DNA of 63,186 nucleotides, filler included, from Octopus bimaculoides (Eukaryota), in the NCBI RefSeq assembly GCF_001194135.2. It is 10 parts of 9 records of this genome, joined end to end, with 100 filler letters (N's around TTAATTAATTAA, not from the genome) between each part and the next. Parts side by side here need not be neighbours in the genome. Positions count along the whole stretch, not along the records: positions 9,445 to 16,005 come from NC_068986.1; positions 16,106 to 18,282 come from NW_026325617.1; positions 18,383 to 26,931 come from NC_068986.1; 7 more parts are not named here. One strand, given 5' to 3'. Of the stretch, positions 13,399 through 25,708 are shown one piece after another (the stretch's first letter is position 1; each line of letters opens with the position of its first letter). A model generated the notes under the pieces. It was not told the origin of the DNA, ran no database searches, and saw nothing but the letters and a program-made list of their open reading frames with translations. The translations under genes and the position numbers were made by a program.

Positions 13399-14127
13399 CG
13401 GCTTCAAATTTTGACACATTGCCAGCAATTTTGAGGCAGCTTATAAGTCAATTAAGTTAACCCCAGTGCTCATCAGGTAGATTCTTTTCTACTTTAGGCA
13501 TAGGGCCCAAAATTTGGGGTGAGGGGACCAGTCGATTAGAACGACTCCAGTACGCAACTGGTACTTAATTTATCGACCCCGAAAGAATGAAAACCAAAGT
13601 TGACCTCGGCAGAATTTGAACTCAGAACATTAAGACAGTCGAAATACCGCTAAGCATTTCGCCCGGCGCGCTATCGTTTCTTATTTCTTTATTGCCCACA
13701 AGGGGCTAAACATAGAGGGGGCAAACAAGGACAGACAAACGGATTAAGTCGATTACATCGACCCCAGTACACAACTGGCACTTAACTTATCGACCCCAAA
13801 AGGATGAAAGTAAAGTCGACCTCGGCGGAATTTGAACTCAAAACGTAACGCCAGACGAAATACCGCTAAGCATTTCGTCCGACGTGCTAACGTTTCTTAT
13901 TTCTTTATTACCCACAAGGGACTAAACATGGTGGGGATAAACAAGGACAGACAAGGAGATTAGGTCGATTAGATGGATCCAGTACGCAACTGGTACTTAA
14001 TTTATCGACCCCGAAAGGATGAAAGGCAAAGTCGACTTCGACGGAATTTGAACTCAGAACATAGCGACAGACGAAATACCACTAAGCATTTCGCCCGGCG
14101 TGCTAACGTTTCTGCCAGCTCGCCGCC
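13399..14127 (-). mobile_element. Head-to-tail array of tRNA SINE family C (3 units plus a fragment)
   Basis: Units at 13481-13680, 13681-13896 and 13897-14127, each with a GTCGACTTTGCCTTTCATCCTTTCGGGGTCGATAAA-like core and a GGCGGCGAGCTGGCAGAAACGTTAGCAC-type head. Confidence 0.9.
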
Positions 14128-15249
14128 TGTTCTTATTAGTTCCTATTTGCAAAACATTCTCACATAAACGCATCATTTCCCTAAAATATCAGGCATTCTA
14201 CAAAACCTTAAATTTATATTTCCTTAACATCGTAGTGGGTCTATATCTCTTCAACAGTATTAATCAAAAGAATATAATTTAATATAACGTTAGTTCTCAT
14301 TAGACAGTTTTTGTTTCTCATTAGTTGGTTAGTTACCTAACATGCCTAGGTAACCAAATCATTGTTGATGTGTTATCAAACCTTCCACAACATTTTGACA
14401 TGAACGCAATGTTTTATTACAGCGTCTAGATGAATCCCTATCGCACTTGTTTAAATGATATTGAGTTGCCATCTATTGCTCTTCTTTTATTGCCAAGGTA
14501 CATCAATAATTTCATATCAAAATGTGAAGTAATACAACGTTCATCCATTTAGTATAAGCTTCTTTCCTTGTCTATTCTATCTATTTAGACGCCATTATCC
14601 AACTTGCAGATAAGTTATTCCTAATCCTTCTTCGCTTGATATGCAGTGTGAATTTTCTTTAGATGTACGCAGATGTGCAAGATAAGCCGTCATTAGACTT
14701 TCACTTTAAACGTCTTTTATATCACGTCACTCATCAATGAAAATATTTCATATATACATTTCTGGTCTAATTCCACATCACAGAATTTCTTAGTGACACT
14801 GCGATACACGACACAAAATCCTTCTAGAATTATCTTAAACGTCTTTCACGTTATTTTCGTTTGAGATAAAGTCAGTCTGTATGAAATTTGATTTGGGAAT
14901 TGTTTCTCATTATCTTTGTACTCGTGTTGGAAAAGTATTTCATATTATGACCAGTAAACCATTCTACGACCGGTATTACAATCTATAACTTTGTTGATTT
15001 GTTTCACTTTTTATAATATCATTTTAGAGAGATTTAACATTTCTATGTTAATCTTCATATATTCAGAACGTTATTTATTATTTACGATTACGAATAAATA
15101 TAAATGTCATCGTTTTGATTTTCGTTGTTTTCTGTGCATACAACGATTTATTATCGGTTAGTAGATATCAGCATGGATCTGTGAACAGTTTGTTCGTTGA
15201 AGCTCTAAACAAGAGCATCCCCTCTTGTTAGATTCATTACTCCGGATGT

Positions 15250-15301
15250 GTTTCAAGCTGACGAGAAATAACAGCGTCGAAATACAAGCTATACTAGAAT
15301 C
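15250..15301 (+). ncRNA. Candidate type I hammerhead ribozyme (weak stem II)
   Basis: TTCAAG / CTGACGA (15258-64) / GA..TC / GAAA (15279-82) / stem III ATA-CAAGC-TAT / A17 / CTAGAA. Stem I pairs 5 of 6. Confidence 0.35.
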
Positions 15302-15677
15302 CTTTGTACCAATGAACCAAGTGTATTATGAACACACATTTTGTCGAGAAAATATTGTTCTGTGACCAAACGCAACATCGATTGACATATTCACGTTCGA
15401 ATCTGGCGAAACTTATTAAGAATAACTATCGGAGACTTCGTATTGATTTTCGCTGTCCACCGAGCACATGACGATTAAGATACATAATCTTATGCGAAAT
15501 TAATCTGAACGCTGCATATTTTCATGCAAATTGTGCATCTACATATGGGATCATATGTAGATACAATCCCTCACGTTTCCTCGAACGCAAATATTATACA
15601 CACGTACACAAAAATAAAAGTTTATGAGTAAAGTTTAAGCCGACAATTAAACTGAAAATATACAAAATATATCTTAC

Positions 15678-15822
15678 CTTTTACTTGTTTCAGTAACTAG
15701 ACCGCGACTATGCTGGGGCAACGCCTTAAAGAATTTTAACCAAACCACACAGCCACGACTATGCCAATATTTAGAAATGTGGTTGGCAAGGAAGCTTGTT
15801 ACCACGCAGCTACTCCTGCGCC
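15678..15822 (-). mobile_element. Internally deleted SINE family A (tail plus head)
   Basis: Tail cttttacttgtttcag and head tactcctgcgcc are only about 145 bp apart. Confidence 0.65.
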
Positions 15823-15937
15823 TATATATATATATAACATGGTTGTCTTCCTGAGAACAATCTCTTCTTGGTGGTCAAACCATAGGTGGTCTTCTTCAAG
15901 CATAATGGATGTCCACTTAGTGGTCATCCCTCTTATA

Positions 15938-15975
<38 letters not shown>

Positions 15976-16105
15976 TGTGTCTGTGTGTGTGTGTGTGTGT
16001 GTGTCNNNNNNNNNNNNNNNNNNNNNNNNNNNNNNNNNNNNNNNNNNNNTTAATTAATTAANNNNNNNNNNNNNNNNNNNNNNNNNNNNNNNNNNNNNNN
16101 NNNNN

Positions 16106-16215
16106 TGTAAACAACAAACAGATGTATTAGTTTAACGCTCAGGAAGTGAGAAAGTTTCTTACGTTTCGAGCCTACGCTCTTTGACAGAAAGGAACACTGA
16201 AGTAAACAGGGAGAG
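16106..16215 (-). mobile_element. Penelope-like pseudo-LTR fragment with decayed hammerhead
   Basis: Minus strand CTTT-CTGTCAA-A-GAGC-GTAG-GCTC-GAAA-CGTA. Flanks are homologous to 36820-37008. Confidence 0.6.
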
Positions 16216-16849
16216 AACATTAAAATGGTTTAGTGGCTAGCGATCTATCATGGCGAATGCCGGACAGAGGGGTCACACAGGAGAGCTAGGAAAAACGGGA
16301 GATAATATTGTAGTGGTGATCCCAAAACGAAGGTGTGCGTGCGTGTGTATGTGAAAGCGTGTATGTGAGTGTGGATGGGGGCTGGTGACCTTGACGTGTG
16401 CGTGTATGCATGTGTAGGTGTGTGGACGATGGTGTGGGTGCTGGGATGTGGTCAGTGCTAGTGTTTGCGGGGTTGTGATGTGGTGTGGTGTGGTGATGTA
16501 CACATATACATGTATATGTGTACTTGTGTATATATTTATGTCTTACCTATATATGTCTATACATGAATATAACTATGTATATGCATGTGTGTATATTTTA
16601 GTGTATATATGTGTATTATAGATGGCTTAGTATGTATATATGCTGCTGAAAAAATATTTATGTAATACAGCATGAAGATTTTTAATTTTATTGTATTGAT
16701 TTATATTTTGTATATAACTATTTACCAGATGTATTTAGAATCTGTGCTTCGATTTAAGGTTTTCTTTGGTTTTACAATAAGATGAATTTATACTGAATTT
16801 ATTTTGTTTATTGTATTCTTAAGACCGTTAGTTGAAAGGACAAATTAAA

Positions 16850-17062
16850 CAAAACCGTTTTCAAAGGTGTATCCTTTAAACTAGTTTTATATTTGATTAT
16901 ATCGTCTTTTCTGTTCCATTCTAACAAAACTGTCCAACGAACGGGAACGCGAAACTGAGTAACAGTTTTTGTGGTATTTCTGCTGCTTTTAATAAAGCCT
17001 ATTACTCTACCCCTGGTATTTTGAGTACTCTTTTTTCCACCTTGTTTCACATTTATGTGCTT
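16850..17062 (+). mobile_element. Penelope-like pseudo-LTR fragment with decayed hammerhead at 16926-16969
   Basis: 8-bp stem I AAAACTGT/ACAGTTTT encloses CCAACGA-ACGGGAACGC-GAAA-CTGAGT-A. Downstream AATAAA, ending in (TA)n. Confidence 0.55.
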
Positions 17063-17999
17063 ATATATATNNNNNNNNNNNNNNNNNNNNNNNNNNNNNN
17101 NNNNNNNNNNNNNNNNNNNNNNNNNNNNNNNNNNNNNNNNNNNNNNNNNNNNNNNNNNNNNNNNNNNNNNNNNNNNNNNNNNNNNNNNNNNNNNNNNNNN
17201 NNNNNNNNNNNNNNNNNNNNNNNNNNNNNNNNNNNNNNNNNNNNNNNNNNNNNNNNNNNNNNNNNNNNNNNNNNNNNNNNNNNNNNNNNNNNNNNNNNNN
17301 NNNNNNNNNNNNNNNNNNNNNNNNNNNNNNNNNNNNNNNNNNNNNNNNNNNNNNNNNNNNNNNNNNNNNNNNNNNNNNNNNNNNNNNNNNNNNNNNNNNN
17401 NNNNNNNNNNNNNNNNNNNNNNNNNNNNNNNNNNNNNNNNNNNNNNNNNNNNNNNNNNNNNNNNNNNNNNNNNNNNNNNNNNNNNNNNNNNNNNNNNNNN
17501 NNNNNNNNNNNNNNNNNNNNNNNNNNNNNNNNNNNNNNNNNNNNNNNNNNNNNNNNNNNNNNNNNNNNNNNNNNNNNNNNNNNNNNNNNNNNNNNNNNNN
17601 NNNNNNNNNNNNNNNNNNNNNNNNNNNNNNNNNNNNNNNNNNNNNNNNNNNNNNNNNNNNNNNNNNNNNNNNNNNNNNNNNNNNNNNNNNNNNNNNNNNN
17701 NNNNNNNNNNNNNNNNNNNNNNNNNNNNNNNNNNNNNNNNNNNNNNNNNNNNNNNNNNNNNNNNNNNNNNNNNNNNNNNNNNNNNNNNNNNNNNNNNNNN
17801 NNNNNNNNNNNNNNNNNNNNNNNNNNNNNNNNNNNNNNNNNNNNNNNNNNNNNNNNNNNNNNNNNNNNNNNNNNNNNNNNNNNNNNNNNNNNNNNNNNNN
17901 NNNNNNNNNNNNNNNNNNNNNNNNNNNNNNNNNNNNNNNNNNNNNNNNNNNNNNNNNNNNNNNNNNNNNNNNNNNNNNNNNNNNNNNNNNNNNNNNTAT

Positions 18000-18170
18000 A
18001 TAGCAATAAGAAAATGGAGGGGAATATGTGGTACTCATCAACTTCCAGACACTGTACTATGTCAATTTACCTGTTTATTTTTCAACCAAGAGGACAATTA
18101 AAAAGGACGTCTAGTGACAGAAGGGACAGTCTTACAGCTGTTTCGGCCCAGAGGTGACATGCCTCATTCT
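18000..18170 (-). mobile_element. Penelope-like fragment with partial hammerhead
   Basis: Minus strand ...ATGA-GGC..GCC-GAA-ACAGCTGT-A-AGACTG, with a perfect palindromic stem III at 18134-18141. The 5' core and stem I are degraded. Confidence 0.45.
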
Positions 18171-18807
18171 ATCTATATAACTCCAGTAAACTGGAGTAAT
18201 TGACAGATGAAATGGATGAAATAGAGGTACAGGTATGATTCTCTAGGCCTCTTCAGAGATTTACAAAGTTCATGAAGTTAATNNNNNNNNNNNNNNNNNN
18301 NNNNNNNNNNNNNNNNNNNNNNNNNNTTAATTAATTAANNNNNNNNNNNNNNNNNNNNNNNNNNNNNNNNNNNNNNNNNNNNTAATGACTTCATTTTTTT
18401 AAAAATACAGTATTGAAATTTTATCAGTAGTTTGACTGCCAATGATTTATAGTTAACATATTTTTACTTAATTTTTTTGTGGGGATGGATGGGTTAAATA
18501 TGACTTCTATGTCCAAGTGGAGAAATTAACATGTGTAAAAGCAATACCATAAGCACTAAAATAGAACCATTATGTTTTTGTTACTAAAAGTACTCAAGGG
18601 CTGGTGCATTAATTTGAATCAATTAAAATATAGGTTTACTTAGTACAAGATTTTATTCCTTCTCTATTTCATTCGAACATTTTCATTAAAAATAGTGCAA
18701 AACCTTCAGGAATCAATATAGTATTGGTAACGTGCTCTTAAATAAATATATCTACATAACAATGTATCCAGTAATGAAAGCTTGTTAATGTGAATACAGA
18801 TGTGTAG

Positions 18808-18942
18808 TCATCATCATCATCATTTGACATCCAGTCTCCATGCTGGCGTGGAACTGGCCAGCAGAGTGCTGTCCAGATTCCAATTATTGTATGGTTTTTA
18901 TTGCTAGATGCCTTTCCTAATGCCAACCACTTAACAGTGTGT
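18808..18942 (-). mobile_element. Non-LTR retroelement 3' end with (TGA)n tail
   Basis: catcatcatcatttgacatccagtctccatgctggc...ctagatgcctttcctaatgccaacc, recalled as a common invertebrate LINE/SINE tail. Confidence 0.5.
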
Positions 18943-19074
18943 GCTCATTAATGGAAATAAATATTTCTCATTTTCACACATATTCAAACACCAGGAATAT
19001 ATAATTGCATTTCTGTCATAGAAAATATTTTCAGACTTCGTTATACGAGAAAAGCCATTGCCAAAATGACTTAC

Positions 19075-19745
19075 TAAAATTATTCATTATTGATGCCCAT
19101 GTGATTGAAGGCCATGTGATGCCCTTATATGACGTTTAAGCCCAGCCAAACTTTTACACATTTTATTACATACTGGACAAATGTACTGGCTGGCAGGAGA
19201 AACAGGTCCCACCATATGCACTCTCTTAAAATATTTTTTCAGGCCTCCAGCTGAGAGGCATACCCTTCCACATTTTACACACGTTCTGTTGTGAATTTTA
19301 ATAGCTACATCACCGTTTATTATGAGTCGATTTCTGTGCGATTTTTGATGGTTCACCAGGCCTGCATGACTCAACACCTCCTCCAACAAACCACACACAA
19401 AAAGCAACACTCTCTCACTTTCCACAGGTTCCCTCCTTCTAAGCCTCCTCCTCATTCCCTCATACTTCACTTTCTCCCTCTCAAACCTTGAACAACCATT
19501 ATGCACTATCTTCCTCCCTCCATCGCGGTCTTGTGCCTCCCTCTCCCAATCACCAGCTGCAATTCCACAAAAACACGTTGCTGAATGGCCGTTGACTACG
19601 CTATAGTTCCTCCACCCTTTGACGTGTCTTAATTTTTGTCCCACAAGGTGTCCAACAAGCACCCACCACACCAAGCAAGCCTGGTGGGGTTGCCAGCTTA
19701 GTCGGCGACGACCCGACTATGTAAGCAGGTTCTACTGGACTACAT
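19075..19745 (-). mobile_element. RTE-clade LINE remnant: ORF2 C-terminus with tandem C2H2-like fingers, joined to a structured 5'-UTR-like segment
   Basis: ORF 19087-19674 contains CGIAAGDWEREAQDRDGGRKIVHNG (RTE 'WE..A.DR..WR' motif), then CVKCGRVCLSAGGLKKYFKRVH and CPVCNKMCKSLAGLKRHIRASH. Confidence 0.75.
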
Positions 19746-20151
19746 GGTTCCATTAACACTCAAGAGCAGCCTGACATAAATATACATACACGTACATGCA
19801 TACATACATACGGATATGTATGTATATGTATACATACATATGTATGTATATATATATATATATATATGTATGTATACAAATACATATATGCGTATACATA
19901 CATACATGCATACATACATACATACATACATATTGATTGATTGATTAAAAATATTGATTCTTACAAACCCTTCCACAGCTTTTACAAAATTAGCTGTTAA
20001 GAAAGAGAAAAGCTTTATACCATTGATTTTCCAAACAATATCAGGAAATATGATATCTTCAACATGGATTACAAACCAGATCTAGACTGTACAATTCTTT
20101 TCGTGCTTGTGTGTGTGTGAGTGTGTGTGTGTGTGCGTGCGTGTGCCCATG

Positions 20152-20246
<95 letters not shown>

Positions 20247-20610
20247 GCACATACATACAGGTGTGCGTATGTATGTTTAAAATGTCATCTGATTAGCTGC
20301 ATCGGCAGCAAATTACATGTCTTTTGTTCTGATCTCAATCGTTGTTGTTGCTGTTGTGCTGTTCAAAGTCATCTCGGGTATTGCCAGAACTATGGCTCAT
20401 AGACGAATGAGTAGATGGCTTGATTGCACGTAGTGGAATGAGAAAAATTGGGCATGTTGCAAATTATAATGTTGGCCATAACTGAAGCTGTCAGGGTGTA
20501 TGGGACTAATGAAGCTATTGTTGTTGTTTCTGACATTTTTGTGTGTGACTGTGCGCGCGCGTATATGTGTGTGTGTGTGTGTGTTTGAGTTTGATTCGAT
20601 AATTGTTGCT

Positions 20611-20765
20611 GCATAGGTAAGATGTTCGTGTTGCATCTACGTAGTTTCAAGTTCAGTTCTTGTGAGTAGCACCTTATGCAAGTTTCTTCTACTATAGTTC
20701 CGAGGCCGACCAATGTCTTTTGAGTGAATTTAGTAGACCGAAATTGTGAAAAATCCTGTCGTATA
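20611..20765 (+). mobile_element. Degenerate SINE family A head
   Basis: ggtaagatgttcg...caccttatgcaagtttcttctactatag...ccgaccaatg. Confidence 0.65.
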
Positions 20766-20780
20766 TGTGTGTGCATATAT

Positions 20781-21359
20781 AGAAGGGTTGAACAAAATAA
20801 TGGAAACACCTAGCATCATAGGATCATAATTTTGAAATATCTATAAAATCGTCAAAAGCTTGTTTATTTTTATGTTTTTTTTTTTATTTATTATTAGTGT
20901 TACTTAATATGTTTTGCTAAAATTGCTGTTTCTTTTCAAATATCGTTAGAAAAAGGTAAAATTCATTAAACTGACAGATCTATCGGAGTTTCAAAGAGGT
21001 CAAATTGTTGGTGCTCGTATGGCAGGCGCTAGAGTGACGAAAACAGCCGAAATGTTTGGTGTATCAAGAAGTACTGTCTTGAAAGTAATGACAGCCTTTG
21101 AGAAAGAGGGAAAACCTCCTCGTCGAAACAAAACTCTGGAAGAAAACCAAAACTTTCAGATATAGAGCGTCGGACTCTTACACGAATTGTTAGAAAGGAT
21201 CACAAAAGTACAGCTCTCAAAATTACTGCAGAGCTTAATGATTACCTTGAGAATCCAGTTTCCACAAAAACTGTTCGCCGTGGGCTGCACAAAGCTGGAT
21301 TTCACGGGAGGGCTGCAATCGGAAAACCACTACTTCCAAAAACAAACGTTGCAAAGCGT
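20781..21359 (+). pseudogene. Tc1-like transposon 5' end: TIR plus frameshifted transposase N-terminus
   Basis: TA|..gggttgaacaaaataatggaaacacc TIR. From 20971: TDLSEFQRGQIVGARMAGARVTKTAEMFGVSRSTVLKV, a one-base frameshift near 21110, then GRKPKLSD..RTLTRIVRKDHKSTALKITAELN..VSTKTVRRGLHKAGFHGRAAIGKPLL. Truncated by a gap. Confidence 0.9.
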
Positions 21360-21629
21360 NNNNNNNNNNNNNNNNNNNNNNNNNNNNNNNNNNNNNNNNN
21401 NNNNNNNNNNNNNNNNNNNNNNNNNNNNNNNNNNNNNNNNNNNNNNNNNNNNNNNNNNNNNNNNNNNNNNNNNNNNNNNNNNNNNNNNNNNNNNNNNNNN
21501 NNNNNNNNNNNNNNNNNNNNNNNNNNNNNNNNNNNNNNNNNNNNNNNNNNNNNNNNNNNNNNNNNNNNNNNNNNNNNNNNNNNNNNNNNNNNNNNNNNNN
21601 NNNNNNNNNNNNNNNNNNNNNNNNNNNNN

Positions 21630-21678
<49 letters not shown>

Positions 21679-21729
21679 GTAAATAATATGTGACAATTAT
21701 TCGGTAGCCATGATAAAACTCCGAGTTTA

Positions 21730-21934
21730 ACGTTCCTGGATTTAAGAGCATTACGAAAGACCTGGCTGGAGGCCCAACCTTCTAAGTGTTTTTACAAGGT
21801 TTAGAAAACCTGAAGGATTGCTACAATAAGTGTGTGAATCTGAGAAGGTACTATGTTGGATAAAATCATAATTAAACTCATCCTCCTGTATTTTCTTTTA
21901 CCGAAAGCCAGGAACTTTTCATCACCCCCTCGTA
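21730..21934 (+). mobile_element. mariner-derived MITE
   Basis: Right TIR aagccaggaacttttcatcaccccctcg|TA, degenerate left TIR gttcctggattt, and an internal remnant of the transposase C-terminus (LENLKDCYNKCVNLRRYYV). Confidence 0.7.
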
Positions 21935-21999
21935 CATGTGTGTGTGCGTGTGTACCATTGTGTATCACGTAATAATATAAATTGCTCTATTTTGTTACT

Positions 22000-22830
22000 A
22001 TCGTAGATGATACTTGCATTTACAAATTGCCCCACGTTCGATCAACCACTCAATCTTCTGAATTTTTGCTGTTTGTTAGAAAGATTCGTTGCGGAAGGAT
22101 TGAGGATCCATATGGGTCTGGTATCATTTCTGATTGATATAATCTAATAATGTTTCTAGGGCGCTCTTTCTGTTTTAGTAAAAATGTGGTTCTCTGGGCG
22201 CTTAAAATCCGTTGTTGTGCTATATACATGCCATGCTTTATTTACTATGACTTCTGCATATGCTGAGAATGTCGTAAAATTGTTGTATGCAATTCCTAAT
22301 GTCTACCTCTTGTATAATCGGAATCTTTATTGTGTGACAGCGATGACGGGTTGTAATTGAAACTCTGTAGGTTTTCTAGTAAGAAAAGAAATTGCGTCTG
22401 TTTTCGTCTTTGTTTTTTCCCCATGTTTGAGCCAAGCTTTTAGGTAGTTGAGTGGAGAATATTAATTAGCGATATCGAGGGTAGCCTCTATAAAACACTT
22501 GAGAGAGTGCATAGAAGGGAGAAAGAAAAGAGTGAGGAGACAAAGAGAGAAGTAGAAAGAGGAAGTCGACTGATGCTATTTCACTTCAGCTTTTGTTGAG
22601 CTTTAAAACTGATGTGATTTTTCTGTTTACCATTTTTGGTGATTTAGTAGTGTTAGTACGAGTAGTTGTAGATGTGGCTGAACGCTTTGATTTCTCCCAT
22701 TTTAGGTGTGTATTTATGATTTTGTCAGACCCTGAAGATTTTAAGTTTAACGATTTCCTGATTGCTTTTCTAACGTCTAATGAAATGGAAAGACTAAAGG
22801 TACATATTCTGCGTTTCATGTTTCTTCTTT
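22000..22830 (-). pseudogene. Highly decayed non-LTR reverse transcriptase region
   Basis: Ordered, degraded motifs on the minus strand: DVRKAIRKSLNLKSSGSDKI (like 'V.KAI..LK..KSPG.D.I'), Q*RFR...TDFK (like QxGFR..DFxKAF), PYGSSILP (like PQGSxLSP). Confidence 0.45.
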
Positions 22831-24873
22831 ATTTCTGCAATGTTAGGTGGCTGGCCTTAGAAGAATGTTTGACAAGAGTATTTTCCTTATTTTTGAGATG
22901 TGGCTATGTTGTCTCAGATTTTGATTGAGACATATAATGCAATAGAGACAGTGTTAGAGTTGTGAGCAATGCCTTGTATGCTGTTTTATCATATGTTTTG
23001 TTATTTATGTAGAATGCAATTTGTTATGTCTCAAGCTACTGCTATCTAGCACCTTCGGATGATCTCTACTCAACCGCTACACAACTGCTACTCGTCTGCT
23101 ACTCAACACACCTACCACGGCCAGACTACCTCTATATGTCTTGGGAGATCCTACTTCTTCGCCTTGGGGGCATCGACACAACACAATTGTTTGCCAGTTT
23201 TTATTTCTGTTCTTGCTATTTAACTCCATGGCAAGCTTGATTGACCAGACTTACGATTAAAGGTAACTTCCACAACACTTGTCTTTGTTGTTGTTATCCA
23301 GCAGTGATGGTGTTTGAGGATGGGTTAAGGTTTTGTCGTTGGAGTGTGTAACCTGATAGAATGGTTTTTGTTTAGCCCAAGGTCAACCGTGATTGAATAA
23401 ACCTATAATTAAAGATACTCTGGCAATGGCAATCCCGCTTTTTTTTTCTGACTTAATTTAGGGCATCATATAACGTGTGCTTCCTTTTTTAGAAGAATGG
23501 GAGAGATTTAGCTGCTATTCTTTGCAGGTCAAGGGCCTCATTGAGACTCTCGACTAGTTGATGAGATTTGAAATAGTGTGTATATTCTTGAATGCTTATG
23601 GTGTTATCTTGTCCTGTGAATTATCGTGAGTCGTTTATGGTATCCAATATAACTTGATGTTTATTTTGTGCATGTTATGAGACCGCTTCCGTTTGTTAAC
23701 CTGTCGTACCTTATCGATGTGGTCTTTGGAATTCAACTCCTGCATTAGACTTATAATTTCGATTCTTATACAATTATAATAGCCATGTGAATGTCATGTG
23801 TAATGAAGTAGCTTAGTTCTTTAAAAGTTATATTTTCATTCTTCTCTTTGTTGGTGTTGTATTTCAGTATGTTTGCATATTTTGTGTTTTGTTTTCATTG
23901 TCCATGTTGGCTTCTTCGGTTGCTTTTGCGTATTTTTCGTGTTAAGTTATTATATTTCTACGCAAAATACTTAAATACACAACACGATTATCTATAAACA
24001 GAAGATGAGGGATAACGGAAGTACCTATGGCTTTCTATGTTATAGTTTGCCGGAATATGGAGTGTATTTATATGACATTTCAATTTTTTGTGTTGTATGT
24101 TTATGTATGCAAGTATGTAAGTGCATTGTTAAATACATACATTTTGCGTATTCAATTTCTTGTTTGATCCAGAGTTATCCCATTCGATTTTATTTCCATG
24201 CTCGCGAATGGTTACATCTAATCATCAATGGATTTCTCTGACAACTATATATATCGTAGTAACTGCAACCATCTCACCATTTTAGTACTTATTTCCTCTG
24301 AAATTAGCGATATAGATTTGTATATGCACAGCTTCAATCTCAAGCTAAATTACCATTGTTTTCTTCTCTATTTTTAGAGTTCCATATAGCTTATACAGAA
24401 CATTTCTTATATTTTATTCTAACAGTTTGAAAGCATATTTATATCAATATATCTATACTTCTAACTGTTTTTGTCTACATAATGTAAGGCTCTAAACATT
24501 AGTTTATTGAGTCTACAATCATAGACTTCTGCCACCGAGTGTATTTCTTGATGGATTTTGTAAAATAATAAATTAATAGATCTAAGATCAGCGTCATCTG
24601 CGGAAGACGCCTATTAATGCAGAAACAGGTTTTCACAGTTGTCTTCTTGATTCTAGACAACCAAACTGTGTTTTCATTGATGGCTCATTTTGGAGAATTA
24701 TTGATTCTTGAGATTGATTTCGCTTTCTTATTTGGAGTTGATCGCAGTTGCTACATAAAATTTCAGTACTTTTCTATCGAAGGGAATAAACCATCAATAA
24801 ACCAAGAATCTATCTTCTGTAGCATTTAGTAGACCTTTATTCATTTTTATTTATCGGCTCACTTTTTCTTAAA

Positions 24874-25010
<137 letters not shown>

Positions 25011-25677
25011 ATGCATGCAGGCATACACAGAGTTATACATTTATGCCGCGAAATGTTTTTTTTTTACTTACTTTATCTCCGTATTGTATATGCGTTTGTA
25101 TTTGTGTATGTTTGTTGTGTTTGTGAGTGCGTATACATGTGTGCATATACGTCTACGAGTGAGTGTATATGTGTACATGTTTATATGCATTTATACTGAT
25201 ATCTAGGAATATAATTTATATACACATACACACGCACACACAAACACACGCACACAAACATACACATACACACACATGCACGCACAATACAAACTCATTT
25301 ATGCCCGTTATTTATGATTAAGCGTAAATACATATACACATCAAATGATCTTACTAAAAGATAATTAAAATTACACATTATATGTTTCAGTAGATGAAAT
25401 AGATGAAATATCAACAAATATTTTATATACTGTTATTTAGCTTAAGATTCGTCCTAAAGTTTCACGCTTGTATGATCTTCCAACAGCTGTTTTTTCAATT
25501 TTTTCCTGTAACGCTATATGCGGGACCTGTTGCTGCCAAGGTATCTTTGCGCTCATATTTCAGTTATTTGGCGATTGGTATTAATGCTTTTTCCTACCAA
25601 CTTTTAGACTCTTTCTCTTTCTTGTTAAGGTGGTGGTAGTGGTGGTGGTGGGGTGGGGGTAACGGCAGCGGCGGTGA

Positions 25678-25708
<31 letters not shown>

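Noticed and set aside
13481-14127. CRISPR-like regular array
   Set aside because: The units are 216-bp SINE copies without unique spacers, in a eukaryotic context.
17021-18157. Long ORFs containing X runs (also at 8 kb, 11 kb, 33-34 kb, 52 kb and 59 kb)
   Set aside because: They read through N gaps.
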